A DNA stretch of 60,972 bases, the filler included, from Gonapodya sp. JEL0774 (Eukaryota), in assembly GCA_027604505.1 (NCBI GenBank). It is 13 parts of 13 records of this genome, joined end to end, with 100 filler letters (N's around TTAATTAATTAA, not from the genome) between each part and the next. Parts side by side here need not be neighbours in the genome. Positions count along the whole stretch, not along the records: positions 23,569 to 28,163 come from JADIIX010000905.1; positions 28,264 to 32,858 come from JADIIX010000906.1; positions 32,959 to 37,552 come from JADIIX010000907.1; 10 more parts are not named here. One strand, 5' to 3'. A program made the translations under genes and the position numbers. Shown here one piece after another: positions 23,878 through 34,689 of this stretch (its first letter is position 1; each line of letters opens with the position of its first letter). Under the pieces are notes generated by a model. The model was not told where the DNA came from, searched no databases, and saw only the letters and a program-made list of their open reading frames with translations.

Positions 23878-25137
23878 TCAAGTCCGTCGAGTTGCACAGA
23901 AACCACAACGACCACGGCGCTCCACAATGTCACATGTGCGACATATGGGCTCACAGCAGACACGGCATTCCACTGCGTCATCGTGAATGGGACAAATCCA
24001 GGGGGTGTTACAATCGGTGTTGACGCACAGTGAATATTGAGACTGTTGACCGCACTCGTAGCACAAGAAGCCACACCTGCGACCGAGACAGCTAGTGTAG
24101 AAGCGGTGTTTGTTGCAAAAGGGGCGTTTGGCGCAACCACTGCAACCCTCTGTCTTCGTTTCATCGGCCATGCACGAGGCGCAGACAACCTCGTCACAGT
24201 CCGAAAAAAAGAAGGAATATCTCAGCTCACACATTGTCCACTCATTGAGATCACAAGACACACATGTGCGCTTTCTTTTCCTGCATATGCAGCAAACTCT
24301 ACCGATCAGCGCTACAGGTAGCCCCAGAGTGTTCAGTTTACCGCCTTCCACTCCACACACGTCGCACACGCCGCATGTCAGGCATTCCTGGCAGAGTGAT
24401 TCGCTCAGAGTACCATAATGGTCATCGGGGACAATGCGAACGTTCGCACTTGCGCTGTCTGCAGCGACGATTGTACTCTGGCATCCCTCGCACATTTTCG
24501 GTCGCATTTGCACCAGCGCTGGAAAAGCCAGCCTGGCAAGTCCTTGACAGCTCATCAGTATGTTGTGTCTTTCCAGGCGATTTAAGGGGGTCAGGCCACG
24601 CTCTATATCCCTGACATCGAGGTATTTCAGAGTTGCATGTGGCAACTTTGAAACGTGGTACAGAAACAATTGGATTGATTTGAAGTCAATTTTCCGAATT
24701 GAAAGGTAGCGCAGATTTGGCATGTGCTGGAGATCTGCGGGAACGAAATCAGGATGATGGTCCAGGACCAATTCGGATATGTTGGCAGCAAGACATCCTC
24801 CAAGCTGAAGAAACTCAAGTTCACAAGGTACATTGGCTGTGGAGTCGTCGGTCACCATATCGCCGTCAGTTGGGGAGACCCAGCGGGAGATGTGGTGGAG
24901 GATGTTTTGTAACGAGGAATGTTTGTCAATTGCAGAGCCTGAAGCGGTGGTGAGATCCAATGTCCGGCGTGATCGATCGGTTAAGTCCAGGCGGCGCCAT
25001 ACGGACGAAAGAGCGAGAAGGAATCGCAAGGAAGAGCAAGACGTCGAAAGACGGACGATTGCTCCCAAAGGGAGGAAAGACATGATTGAAACGAGGTTTT
25101 CGACTGGGAGGGATTGGAGCGAAGGCGAAGTGGACAT
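23878..25137 (-). CDS. F-box protein with a short LRR region and a Cys-rich (multi-CxxC) C-terminal domain
   Basis: LQSLPVENLVSIMSFLPLGAIVRLSTSCSSLR is an F-box; MPNLRYLSI and LKYLDV are LRR-like; the last ~200 aa carry many CxxC/CxxH pairs. Single 419-aa ORF. Confidence 0.85.
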   Translation of the reverse strand: MSTSPSLQSLPVENLVSIMSFLPLGAIVRLSTSCSSLRFLLALSSVWRRLDLTDRSRRTLDLTTASGSAIDKHSSLQNILHHISRWVSPTDGDMVTDDSTANVPCELEFLQLGGCLAANISELVLDHHPDFVPADLQHMPNLRYLSIRKIDFKSIQLFLYHVSKLPHATLKYLDVRDIERGLTPLNRLERHNILMSCQGLARLAFPALVQMRPKMCEGCQSTIVAADSASANVRIVPDDHYGTLSESLCQECLTCGVCDVCGVEGGKLNTLGLPVALIGRVCCICRKRKRTCVSCDLNEWTMCELRYSFFFSDCDEVVCASCMADETKTEGCSGCAKRPFCNKHRFYTSCLGRRCGFLCYECGQQSQYSLCVNTDCNTPWICPIHDDAVECRVCCEPICRTCDIVERRGRCGFCATRRT

Positions 25138-25739
25138 CCTGAGACCGAGGGCTGGGGAAATGTAGAGATAATATGGGCTGGATGCTTGGCTCTTGCGCCG
25201 AATCGGGGATAATTGTTGAACAAACGAAGTCCGTGTTCAAGTACTCAAAACCAGCGGTGCCCGTTCATTTGTATGATTTCAAACAGGAATACATACAAGA
25301 AGAGTTGCATGTTCCTAGTAGTCTATACGCAGTTTTCCGACCAGTGCGCTGTCAGTTGACTGGACGGCAGTAGCCCTGGTCCTTGCAGCACGTCGCGCCG
25401 GATGGATCACGCGATCATTTGTGAGTTCTGAAGATGAGTCCGACAAAAGGCACTCGCTAAGACTTCAAACAGGCGATTAACGGTAATTGGAGCGTGGATT
25501 ATTTCGTGGAGATCACTAATATGTGGACCGCTAATTATATCGGTTATACGTAAGAATAAGACTAACCAGTGCCGCGAAATGGTTGTCTCTGCCGGATCAG
25601 AGCAACTTGACTTCTCATGCGACGGTTCCCATTCTGCGAAACTTCCAAAACGGCTCACGTCGGGCGAGTGTGGTGTTCGTTGTCCGGCAAAATTTTGGAC
25701 TCGAAGTCCACAGCAACGACGGACCAACAGCAACATAAC

Positions 25740-27377
25740 ATGCCCGAAATTCCCAACGAACGGCAGAACAAACAAATGAATTCATTTATCCCATCACTCG
25801 CAGGCCGCGCTCGCCGCTACGCTGAAACATCTTCCCCAAAGCGTTCATGGCCTGGTCAGAGTTTCCCGGCCGGGGACCGTGTTCCACCGCCCCCGCCCAC
25901 CTACCGCGATCTCTGCGAATTTCTCACGTGGCAGATCCAACAGTACGGCGATGGAGTCATGTACTACCGGCCCACTCAGACCGAGACGTTCCCCAGTCTC
26001 CAGGCTGCGATCGGGGAGCTCGAACGCAAGGTCAATTCGGATCGGAATTCGAACTTGGCGCGGTTCTGGCGCGAAAGAAATGCGATGGGAAGCGAACGCC
26101 TGATTGATGGCGCTCCGATACCCCACTCGGAAAACTTTTCGTTCATGTCGGACCTCTTGCCCTTTATATGGCACGCTGCCATCTCAGTCGCTTCAAACAC
26201 CACCACCACCTGCGACTTTTCTCGCGACACCATCAGCCTCCTCCAGATGCCTGCCGGCACTTCAGCCGCCCGAACCTTCACCGCCGACAACCTTCTCCAT
26301 CTGCTCGCCAACTCCTTCTTCCTCAACACGGTCGTCATCGACAGCAACGACTACGGCAACATCGACCTGTACAATCTCTTCGAGACCATCGACGATCTCG
26401 GAAAGGAACGAATTCTATGCCTCCTTTCTTACTTCTTCCAGATCCACACCACACGGCCGGCCGACCTCGCCACCCGCCTCGTCACGTTCGAGCGCGTCAC
26501 TTATCCAAACCCACTCGAATCACTCGACACACCCTTCGCCCCCAATGCACCTGTCCCACCTCCATCTTCCATCTCCATCTCCACAGACCCCATGGAAACA
26601 CCCAGTGCGGATGCCTTCTTTGACTTCGCCAACAAACGCGTCCACATCCACAGCATCATACCGTCTTGCACACAGGAAGAAATCCTCTTCAGCGCGTGCC
26701 CCGAATCGTTCGCGGCCATCGTGCTCTTTGAAACCCTCCAGAACAACGAAGTGGCCCTGGTGCACGGGGTGCGCAGGTACATTTCGTACGCGGGGTACGC
26801 GGACTCGTTCACGTTCGTGGACGCCACACCCACACCCACACCCACGACCGACAACCGCACGACCACCGTCTTGATCGCCGACGCGTGCTACTCGGGTCAT
26901 TTTTTCCGCGACAGGGTCCGCAGGGACCTGGCCAAGGCGTACCACGTGTTCCGCGCCGCGTGCGTCCCCTCCGTCCCCACCAACGTCACCACCCCCACCA
27001 TCACCCCCTGCACCTCCATCTCCACAGGCCACTGGGGCTGCGGCGTCTTTGGTGGCGACAAGCACCACAAGTTCGTCCAGCAGGTCGTCGCGTTCGGCAG
27101 ACTGCTCCACGAAATCCAACCGGCCGACTCCGACTCCGGATCCTTGACGCGTCGACCCGGCGGTACGGGCGTGGTGATGCACTACTCGGTGTTCGGGGAG
27201 AGGAACTTGGCCGACACGTTCATCAGGTGGATGGGTGCCATGGAGAAAAACGGTGTCACGTGTGCGCAGGTGGAGGCGTGGATGACAGAGTACGGGGACC
27301 GCGGCCGGGACAAGGGGGAGAGCTTTGCGGAGTTTTTCGAGCGCAAGTTGGTCACGCATATGCAGGCGGCGGCGTGA
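25740..27377 (+). CDS. PARG: Poly(ADP-ribose) glycohydrolase, canonical PARG_cat macrodomain type, intronless
   Basis: Motifs in PARG order: LLANSFF, ERILCLLSYF, VTFER, DFANK...TQEEILF..CPE, YAGYADSF (tyrosine-clasp region), IADA, RDLAKAY and TGHWGCGVFGGD. The start codon is uncertain (25740 or 25776). Confidence 0.88.
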   Translation: MPEIPNERQNKQMNSFIPSLAGRARRYAETSSPKRSWPGQSFPAGDRVPPPPPTYRDLCEFLTWQIQQYGDGVMYYRPTQTETFPSLQAAIGELERKVNSDRNSNLARFWRERNAMGSERLIDGAPIPHSENFSFMSDLLPFIWHAAISVASNTTTTCDFSRDTISLLQMPAGTSAARTFTADNLLHLLANSFFLNTVVIDSNDYGNIDLYNLFETIDDLGKERILCLLSYFFQIHTTRPADLATRLVTFERVTYPNPLESLDTPFAPNAPVPPPSSISISTDPMETPSADAFFDFANKRVHIHSIIPSCTQEEILFSACPESFAAIVLFETLQNNEVALVHGVRRYISYAGYADSFTFVDATPTPTPTTDNRTTTVLIADACYSGHFFRDRVRRDLAKAYHVFRAACVPSVPTNVTTPTITPCTSISTGHWGCGVFGGDKHHKFVQQVVAFGRLLHEIQPADSDSGSLTRRPGGTGVVMHYSVFGERNLADTFIRWMGAMEKNGVTCAQVEAWMTEYGDRGRDKGESFAEFFERKLVTHMQAAA

Positions 27378-27656
27378 GTCGTGAGTCGGGAGGATGGGGT
27401 GCGGACAATCGCACGTGACCTTCAGGAATTCTATAGTCGAGCATAGATAGTCTCTGTTTTTCTCTGGTGGTTCTACTTGGCTCTCCCGTACTTCAAAAAC
27501 AATCCAAAAACCATTCAACGTGTAAAATAACATCGTCCGTCGCCCATATCCAAATATATATCCGGTCCACCCACCCACCCCACAAGGTCCCAACCCACTC
27601 GTTGTCCACCCACCGGAACCCGGCACCTCGGCAATCCCCCCCCACCCCCCACCTTC

Positions 27657-28163
27657 TCACCCCACCTTCCACCCCCTCCTCTTCTCCTCCTTCCTCATCT
27701 TGCGCCACGCCTCCCTCTTCTCCGCCTTGACCCTCCTCGCCTCCCGCTCGGCCAGCTCCTCCTCGTCGGTGGAACCGGATCCGGAGCCGCTCGAGGTGCA
27801 CGCGGACGCGGAGGTGGAGGTCGAGGTGGACGAGGACAAGGCTAACCCGCCGCCCCCAGCACCCGAGCCCCAACTGCCCACATCCCCCGGCCCCACGGTG
27901 TCTGTCCCCCTCCTCCTATACGCGTCCCCACTCGACATCTTGGCCCCCTTGACCACCTCGCCTGCCTTGTCCTCCCTCCACTCCCCCCCCTCGAACCACA
28001 CCACCCTCTTCACCACATCCCCTGCCCTGCTGATCACTTTGGCACACCTCTCACACGGCCTGCTCAGTCCCACGGTGAACATGGGCGGCCGTCCCACTCT
28101 CACCGACACCGCGACACACCCGTGGCGTCGGGCGTGGTCCCGCGCGTGGGGGGTGCGGGACAG
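27657..28163 (-). CDS. Cytidine/dCMP-deaminase-fold zinc protein, C-terminal half (5' partial)
   Basis: The frame is open from the contig end: VSVRVG...GLSRPCERCAKVI...VKRVVWFEGGEW. A beta-strand, SxPCxxC and a KRVxW strand match the deaminase fold. The HxE motif would lie beyond the contig end. Confidence 0.6.
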   Translation of the reverse strand: MSRTPHARDHARRHGCVAVSVRVGRPPMFTVGLSRPCERCAKVISRAGDVVKRVVWFEGGEWREDKAGEVVKGAKMSSGDAYRRRGTDTVGPGDVGSWGSGAGGGGLALSSSTSTSTSASACTSSGSGSGSTDEEELAEREARRVKAEKREAWRKMRKEEKRRGWKVG

Positions 28164-28600
28164 NNNNNNNNNNNNNNNNNNNNNNNNNNNNNNNNNNNNN
28201 NNNNNNNTTAATTAATTAANNNNNNNNNNNNNNNNNNNNNNNNNNNNNNNNNNNNNNNNNNNNTCCTATCCATATTCTTTGATGGTCTCTTTATGTTGCA
28301 ACACTACGTACAGTTTCCACACACGGAAAAGGTAGACGAGATAGTTCAGGAGGCATCTCGCAATCGCCCACGAGACGCTGAAGACGAGAGGACGGGATTG
28401 TTGTCGTCCTCGTCAGTCGCGCCGCCTTACGGGGAAGTGTGATTGACAAGTCCACTTTTCGCTCCCATGCTATTATATAATATCTCCATCTCACTATCAA
28501 CATACTACATACATTAATTTAATATCGTTAGAAATACAATCGCAACGGATTTGACGATCTCCGTTATATTTATTCAAACGGCAACACTACTCAAACAGCC

Positions 28601-30080
28601 ATGAGTTTCGAAAAGGAGATTGCAACGCGATTCGATCGCATCGGCCCGAATGGCACTTTGATTTTCAAGGGCCGAATCAGTCAAAAGTGGTGAGTTCCTT
28701 TTGCAACAGTATCCGTTGCGGATGTAAAGAGTTCAACAAAGCTCGGAGTTGTGTTGAAACATCCGATTCATCCACTTCAAGGGTCATCGGTGCGGCACCA
28801 CATGGAGGCTACGCCTCTTGTATCTTGCTGGACGCTGGTCGAAGAGCACTGGAGCTCTCTGGAAACGGATCTCCACTTTCCGAGCCTGCGAAGTATCCCG
28901 ATCCAATCGTTGCAAATAGCGTCTTTCTCGCGCCGGCTCGCTTCAGCAAAGAAACCGGCGGGGATGTGGAAGTTGAAGTAAAAAAACTTCGCGTTGGTGG
29001 ACGGATGGCGACTGTGGAAGCGGCAATGACTCAGGATCAGAGAACGCGAGGATCCAGTGAACCCAAAGTGGTTACTTGTATCAAAGGTATGGTATCAATG
29101 ACACATTCGATGACATTTCCTGCCCATGGACCGTGCCTTGCGCTCCGAATACCAAAACAGTCATCGCCACTTTCGGAACCCTTCCGCCGTTCTCGTCCCC
29201 CTCATCAACCGACGTTTCATTCACACTCCTCACACATCTACCACCTTCCATTCCTTCTCCAGAAGAGTGTCGCAGGCTCGCGCCTCCACGGAGGTCCAGA
29301 TTTCAGGGTTTGTCGGTAGCGTCCAGGCCAGACACTCTGAAGGTGGATTACAAGAAGGCCGAAAGGGTTGACTGGGTGAAAATAGGGTAAATATCAATCT
29401 CGGCTATAGCTTTTGGAGTAAGAGCTGGTGCGACCTTTCTCCCGTGATATTTCACTTGTCCTTATCTGTTAGATTCACATAGACCACCATCCACCCTGCA
29501 GTGACGATTCTCCAGCAACTCCCATCTCTCTCTCACTCTTCTGCGACGCCTACGCCCTTCCACCGTACGTCCACAACTTCCCTCTAGCTCAATTTTGGTT
29601 CCCAACTACGGACTACCAGGTCCAGTTCCGCCGGCGCCCAACCACTCCCGCTGGTGGGTGGATGCTAGCTCATGGTGTAACCAGATTTGTGACGGAGGGG
29701 AGGTTTGAAAGTGATTGTGTCCTGTGGGAGCAGGCAGTACCCGGAGTTGGTGATGCCGACATTGTGGATACAGACGGAAGGGGTTGGAGGCTTCTCGCAG
29801 TGGCTCGAGTGAGTTTCACGTTGCGGTTTTTGTGAATGATTGTTTCTGTGGGATTCTCATGCGTTTTGCGAACCTTTCCCCGTTCCTCGATCGCATAAAG
29901 CAAATGATGCTTATTCTTTCCTTCCAGAAACAACTCGGATCTGGTTTATCTGACGAAGAACGAGCTGCAGAGGCGAAGCGGCGGGAGGAAGGGTTGCGCA
30001 GGAGACGGGAGAGGATTGAGAGAGAAAAGAGCGAAGCATTACCAGAAGGTGGGAACTTGAAGGACAATGCGAAAATCTAG
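28601..30080 (+). CDS. Double-hotdog acyl-CoA thioesterase-like protein, possibly peroxisomal
   Basis: W|VIGAAPHGGY, YPDPI...FLAP, VEVKKLRVG, LFCDA and WFPTTDYQVQF...GRFESDCVLW...LAVAR. The C-terminus AKI* is PTS1-like. Confidence 0.82.
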
Positions 30081-30255
30081 CACCTTATGGACATTCATAA
30101 GTTGTGTACGAGTGGATGTCGTATTGAAATTTAAACTACCCAAAGCGATCCCCTTCGCCCGTGTATCCATGTTTCTCAGTCCTCCAGATAATTGGCAATG
30201 ATTTGCGAAATTTATTTCAATGCCGCAAAATCGAGACATCACAGAGATTGTGTAT

Positions 30256-32271
30256 CTACATTATTTGCGCCAACGGCCCGACGCCCCTCCACACGCCAGC
30301 AACCACTGCACTAACTTCACCAACCACAACCACCACCGGACTCTCCAGTCCTGCCTCCCTTACCCTGCCCGGAACATTCTCAAGTGTTCCTCTTACGACC
30401 TTTTGTAGACTCGCGCTCTCTCCGCTCAGTCCGGCCTCCCACCACGCCTTTTGCACCACGGTTACGGGACACGTGGTATCCCACCCACGTGACACAAAGC
30501 CCGTACAAATATCGTCCAATCTGCCAAGTCCCATCAACACCACCGCTGTCCGTCCCTGTATCCATTCCGGAAGCACAGGCATAGCACCACGTTCCCCCCT
30601 CGCGGTGATTATTTCTACACAATCCGCCACACCACGATGTGTGACGGCCACCCCACCCGCCATCGCCGCCGAAATTGCAGATGGCACGCCGGGTGCGACG
30701 GCCACGGGTACGCCGCGTGACGTAAACCAGGCGACTTCTTCCATGCCTCGAGCGAAAAGGAACGGATCGCCGTTCTTGAGACGGGCAACGAGGGGTGGCA
30801 GTCCATCTGAGCGTGCCGGGGCTAGACGGAGTTTCGCGAGACACGTTTCGTTGGCTTCGTCCTGTGCCGTGTCGGATTTGCCCCCAGATCCACTCTTTTC
30901 GGCGACAAACGTAACCTTGTCACGAAGGCCAGGAACCCAGTCTAGTAAGATGGGCCCCACGAGACGATCCGACACAACGTGGTCGGCTCGGAGGAGGGAC
31001 CACATGGTGGCGAGGGTGAGGTGGGAGGGGTGTCCCGGGCCTCCGCCGAGCAGGAGGATGGTACCACATGTGGGCTGCGACGAGGGAGAAGCCGGGGAGA
31101 AGTGCGAGAAGGAAGGGGTGGGTAGAATGGAGTCGATGGAGTGGAGTGGTACAAAATTGGAAGCAATACCGAGAGACGCTGGCCGAGATGCGAGATTTAG
31201 TTGAATTTCAGGTTCAGATCGACTTGCAAGTGGTGAAGGTGCATTATAGTCGGTTGGTTCCGTCTCCTTTGAACTCTTTGTGGTCGGGGGAGCCCCGGAT
31301 TCCTCCCCTGGTGCAATCAAATCCCCTCCAGCTTGAACTCTGTCCGCCATCTCGTCCGCCTCTCTTTGGTTCAAAGTTGCCCACTTTTCCATCTTCCACA
31401 CTCTCTGAGCCTCGGCCATGATTTTCATTCTCCTATTCCGTTCCACACCGCGGGCCTTGAGTGCCTCTCGCAACTTCCCGCAATTCATGACCGCACGGCC
31501 GGACCCGGGTTCTATGGACGAGGTTAGGGTTTTTTTGATGCGGCGGGCAAGGCCGGGAGCGAATCCGGATGTGGAGACGGATATTTGGAGAGGGCCGTCG
31601 CGGATTGTGGTTGGCAGATGGAAGTCGCAGCTGAAACAAACGGGTAGTGGCCACTTGGCGGAAGCCGAGACAAGAACTATCGCTCGCGATGAATAACTCA
31701 CCATTCTGGTACGTCAGCGCAGTTGACAACAATCCTGCGTTTCTTACACGCCTGATACACCGTCCTCGTCCTTGACCTCTCCGGATCCTCGTCCTCTGGC
31801 TCGTAGCATGACAATACTAAAGACCAGTCGGTGACGTTTAAGTCTAAATCAACGTCCACGTCGAGTTCACGGTCGTGATAACGGATTAAATGTCGTAATG
31901 GATGAACGTCGAGAATCTGTCGCACTTTTGGGTGGAGTCTTTGCGCAGGTGAAATGAATGTGATGCGTGCGAGAGCGTCCAGGCATGACAGGAGACGGGA
32001 AATGGCCTTTGAAAGAGAGTCGGAGCATCATCAGCCAAGGACACAGCATGAAAATTCCAGACACATCCATAGCCAGTCATCGCGTTTTATAATCCGCGAA
32101 GTCGAAGAGAGTTCTCACCTCGTAACCGCCGTTTACGATGAGGACGTCTTTGCCTTTGAGTCTGAACGCAACGACGACTCCAGCACCATCAGCAGGCAGT
32201 GGAGCGTCTGATGCGACCAACGGATTGGCCTGAGACGAAAAATCCCAGTGCGCAGCAGTGGAATCTTTCAT
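30256..32271 (-). CDS. MET1: Siroheme synthase-like protein: N-terminal precorrin-2 dehydrogenase/chelatase-like region fused to uroporphyrinogen-III C-methyltransferase
   Basis: FRLKGKDVLIVNGG and VNCADVPEW|CDF...LQISVSTSGFAPGLARRIK in the N-terminal part. The methyltransferase part has GGGPGHPSHLTL, ADHVVSDRLV, RLKNGDPFLFARGMEE, VAPGVPSA, THRGVA, VVLMG and VVVVGEV. Confidence 0.9.
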
Positions 32272-32958
32272 CGCCGAGTTGATGAGTCGATTTATCGATT
32301 TAAAAATCGAGAGTTTCTATGTACATGAAAGAGCAACAAAACAGTTGATCAAACATCGCCTCCCAAAATCCAGAGACCGACATACATTACAACAAGTCTC
32401 GGAATGTGTCTTCAATTAGGTGCATATTATCACCAAGCTGTTTCGTGAGTTTGCATGTCTTGCTGGACCAAGGCTTTATCACCATGCCACCAAAGACGAC
32501 AAATACTCTGACCCCAAATATTCACTTCTCAACAAATACGAAACCATTCTCTGGACAGTTTTCGTTCTCTTCGGTGCTGCAGGTGGTTTCGCATTTTTGT
32601 CGATCTGAAGCAAAACCTGCCGGACAAATAATTGGGCGACATCGTGAACCCTCCGTTACAGAATGACGATAAAATCTGTCGAGGACAAGCGGAAATCGCC
32701 ATGGACAGATACCATGACTATTTCCGCCATCCGACAAGCTGATAGTGTTCTTGGATCTCGTGATCTCGAGGACACTCCTTCCCTTCCGCTGCCATACATT
32801 TTTGCACGGCCGTCGAGCAACTCCAGGAATCCTTTTTGGCAACAATGAAAAAGAAATTNNNNNNNNNNNNNNNNNNNNNNNNNNNNNNNNNNNNNNNNNN
32901 NNTTAATTAATTAANNNNNNNNNNNNNNNNNNNNNNNNNNNNNNNNNNNNNNNNNNNN

Positions 32959-33584
32959 GACGTTGAACTCGAAAACAATAACCTGACAGGCCCCATTCCC
33001 GACATGGCAGGGCTCAAAAATCTTACCGCTCTCTTCCTTGCTAACAACTCGCTTGCGGGTAACGTCGATGGCCTTATCCCTCTCGGTACTGCAGTGTGCA
33101 GATTGGACCCAAACCCTGGCGTCTATACGTGCAAGCGCAACGCTCCGTCTTCCTGTCTAAGCGGTATCTCCGAAGGCTCTGCAACAATATGCACGGAAGT
33201 CACCTCATCCACGTTTTCGTCCACAATGACAAATAATGTTGCTGCGGCAGTCTGCCCCACATCGCCGGTGAACTCCTCAACCATCCCAGCCTCAAACCCA
33301 GGCACCGTGGAGATTGCGCCTAGTCCCGGTGCACCCGTAGCAGCTATAGCCGGCGGCGTAGTTGGTGGCGTTGTGGGAATTGCTGCAGTTGGGGCGGTGC
33401 TTATGTTTGTTGCGCGGAGGAGGAAAAACCCACCAGGGGATAGAGCGGGGCTGCTTGCTACAAGTGCTACTGTGAGTTTCACTTTTGCGTCGGAGAATGC
33501 TGATAAGTGATAATGCTTCTGGACGGACTTCAACATTCCAATTATCCACTGTGTCAGGCTTCTCAGTCAAAGGTGGTTACATGA
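32959..33584 (+). CDS. LRR receptor-like type I membrane protein (plant-type LRRs, TM helix, short tail; 5' partial)
   Basis: LELENNNLTGPIPDMAGLKNLTALFLANNSLAGNV, then a Cys cap, an S/T/P stalk, TM IAGGVVGGVVGIAAVGAVLMFVA and RRRK. Intron 33472-33557 leads to ASQSKVVT*; the unspliced frame stops at 33510. Confidence 0.8.
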
Positions 33585-34689
33585 ATGGCTTGGGTACTCA
33601 TTCTTCTTATCGGTGAATGAAGTGAGAAGGTCCCCGTAGTGCTGCCATATGCTTGTTAGGACTTCCACAGCGTGATCGCAACACTAGCATATGAATTTAG
33701 TAGTGAAGGTAGTATATATTTGTGCGGAGAAGAACAGATTTGTGATGTTTCAGATATGTTCTTGTGTTTCAAAATCAAATCTTTTTATTCATTTCCAAAA
33801 CTGTTCCAAACTCAATGTGATCGTTTATGGAGTTTTAGGAATTCGACGTGGTTGGAAGGTGGAACTTCTGCGAATGCAAACCTCCCAAGAGTATCCACAC
33901 ATCTTGATAGCAAGCAGATCTCGAACTTACATTGAGGCTCAGCATTCAGACTAAGTGAATCATAAAGAAGGGCTGGAATATTTAGATTACCGCAAGTGAC
34001 CAGCTCGCGCGCTGCATGCGCAGCTTCGCTCAGCACCTGCGCCACCGCTTTAGAGTATGAAAGGAACTAGAACCATGACGTAAATCTTAGAATGGATAGA
34101 AACTGCATTTGACTCACTACACCCCGCGGCAATTGTTTGAGTTCTCGACACTGGACGCAAAGCTCGCCAACGCAATAGTACTGTAATTTTATCTGAATCT
34201 GTGCAGGGCCTGCAGTAGGCCAACCGGCATGAGCCCACAGTACCGCTACCACGAGCAGAACTTGCGCCATCGGTTGTCGCGGGGATCGCGTTTCCGCGTG
34301 CAATGCGCAATCAAAATGATGCTCGAACGTGAAGTTCGGGGGTGATTGTTTTGGCATTATGAGACCCATTCGAGACAACTTTTAGCGCTGCCCTGGCTGA
34401 ATGCCCAATAATTGGTTCACCGGATTCGAAGGCCTGCGTACACGACTGACATGGATCCATCCATCCATCGGTTTCCGGTACGTTGATTGATATCTGGACT
34501 TTCTCACCTGATCATTCAATTGTCGTGAGTCTCATCTGCTTTTTGTACTGGCCTCTGGAACGTTGTGTCCTGCTTCTCTCGCACCTTACGCACACTGTCA
34601 TTCTCCCTTTACTCCCTCGCGAATCCCTCCGAAAATTTCCTCCACCAACAAATAGAGCCATTTTTGTTGGCTTCCACAGTTCAGCTTGA

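Noticed and set aside
26104..27626. Several long ORFs overlapping PARG, including a 368-aa minus ORF
   Set aside because: These are expected from high third-position GC and have no motifs of their own.
30161..31204. 347-aa plus-strand ORF
   Set aside because: Antisense shadow of the MET1 methyltransferase exon.
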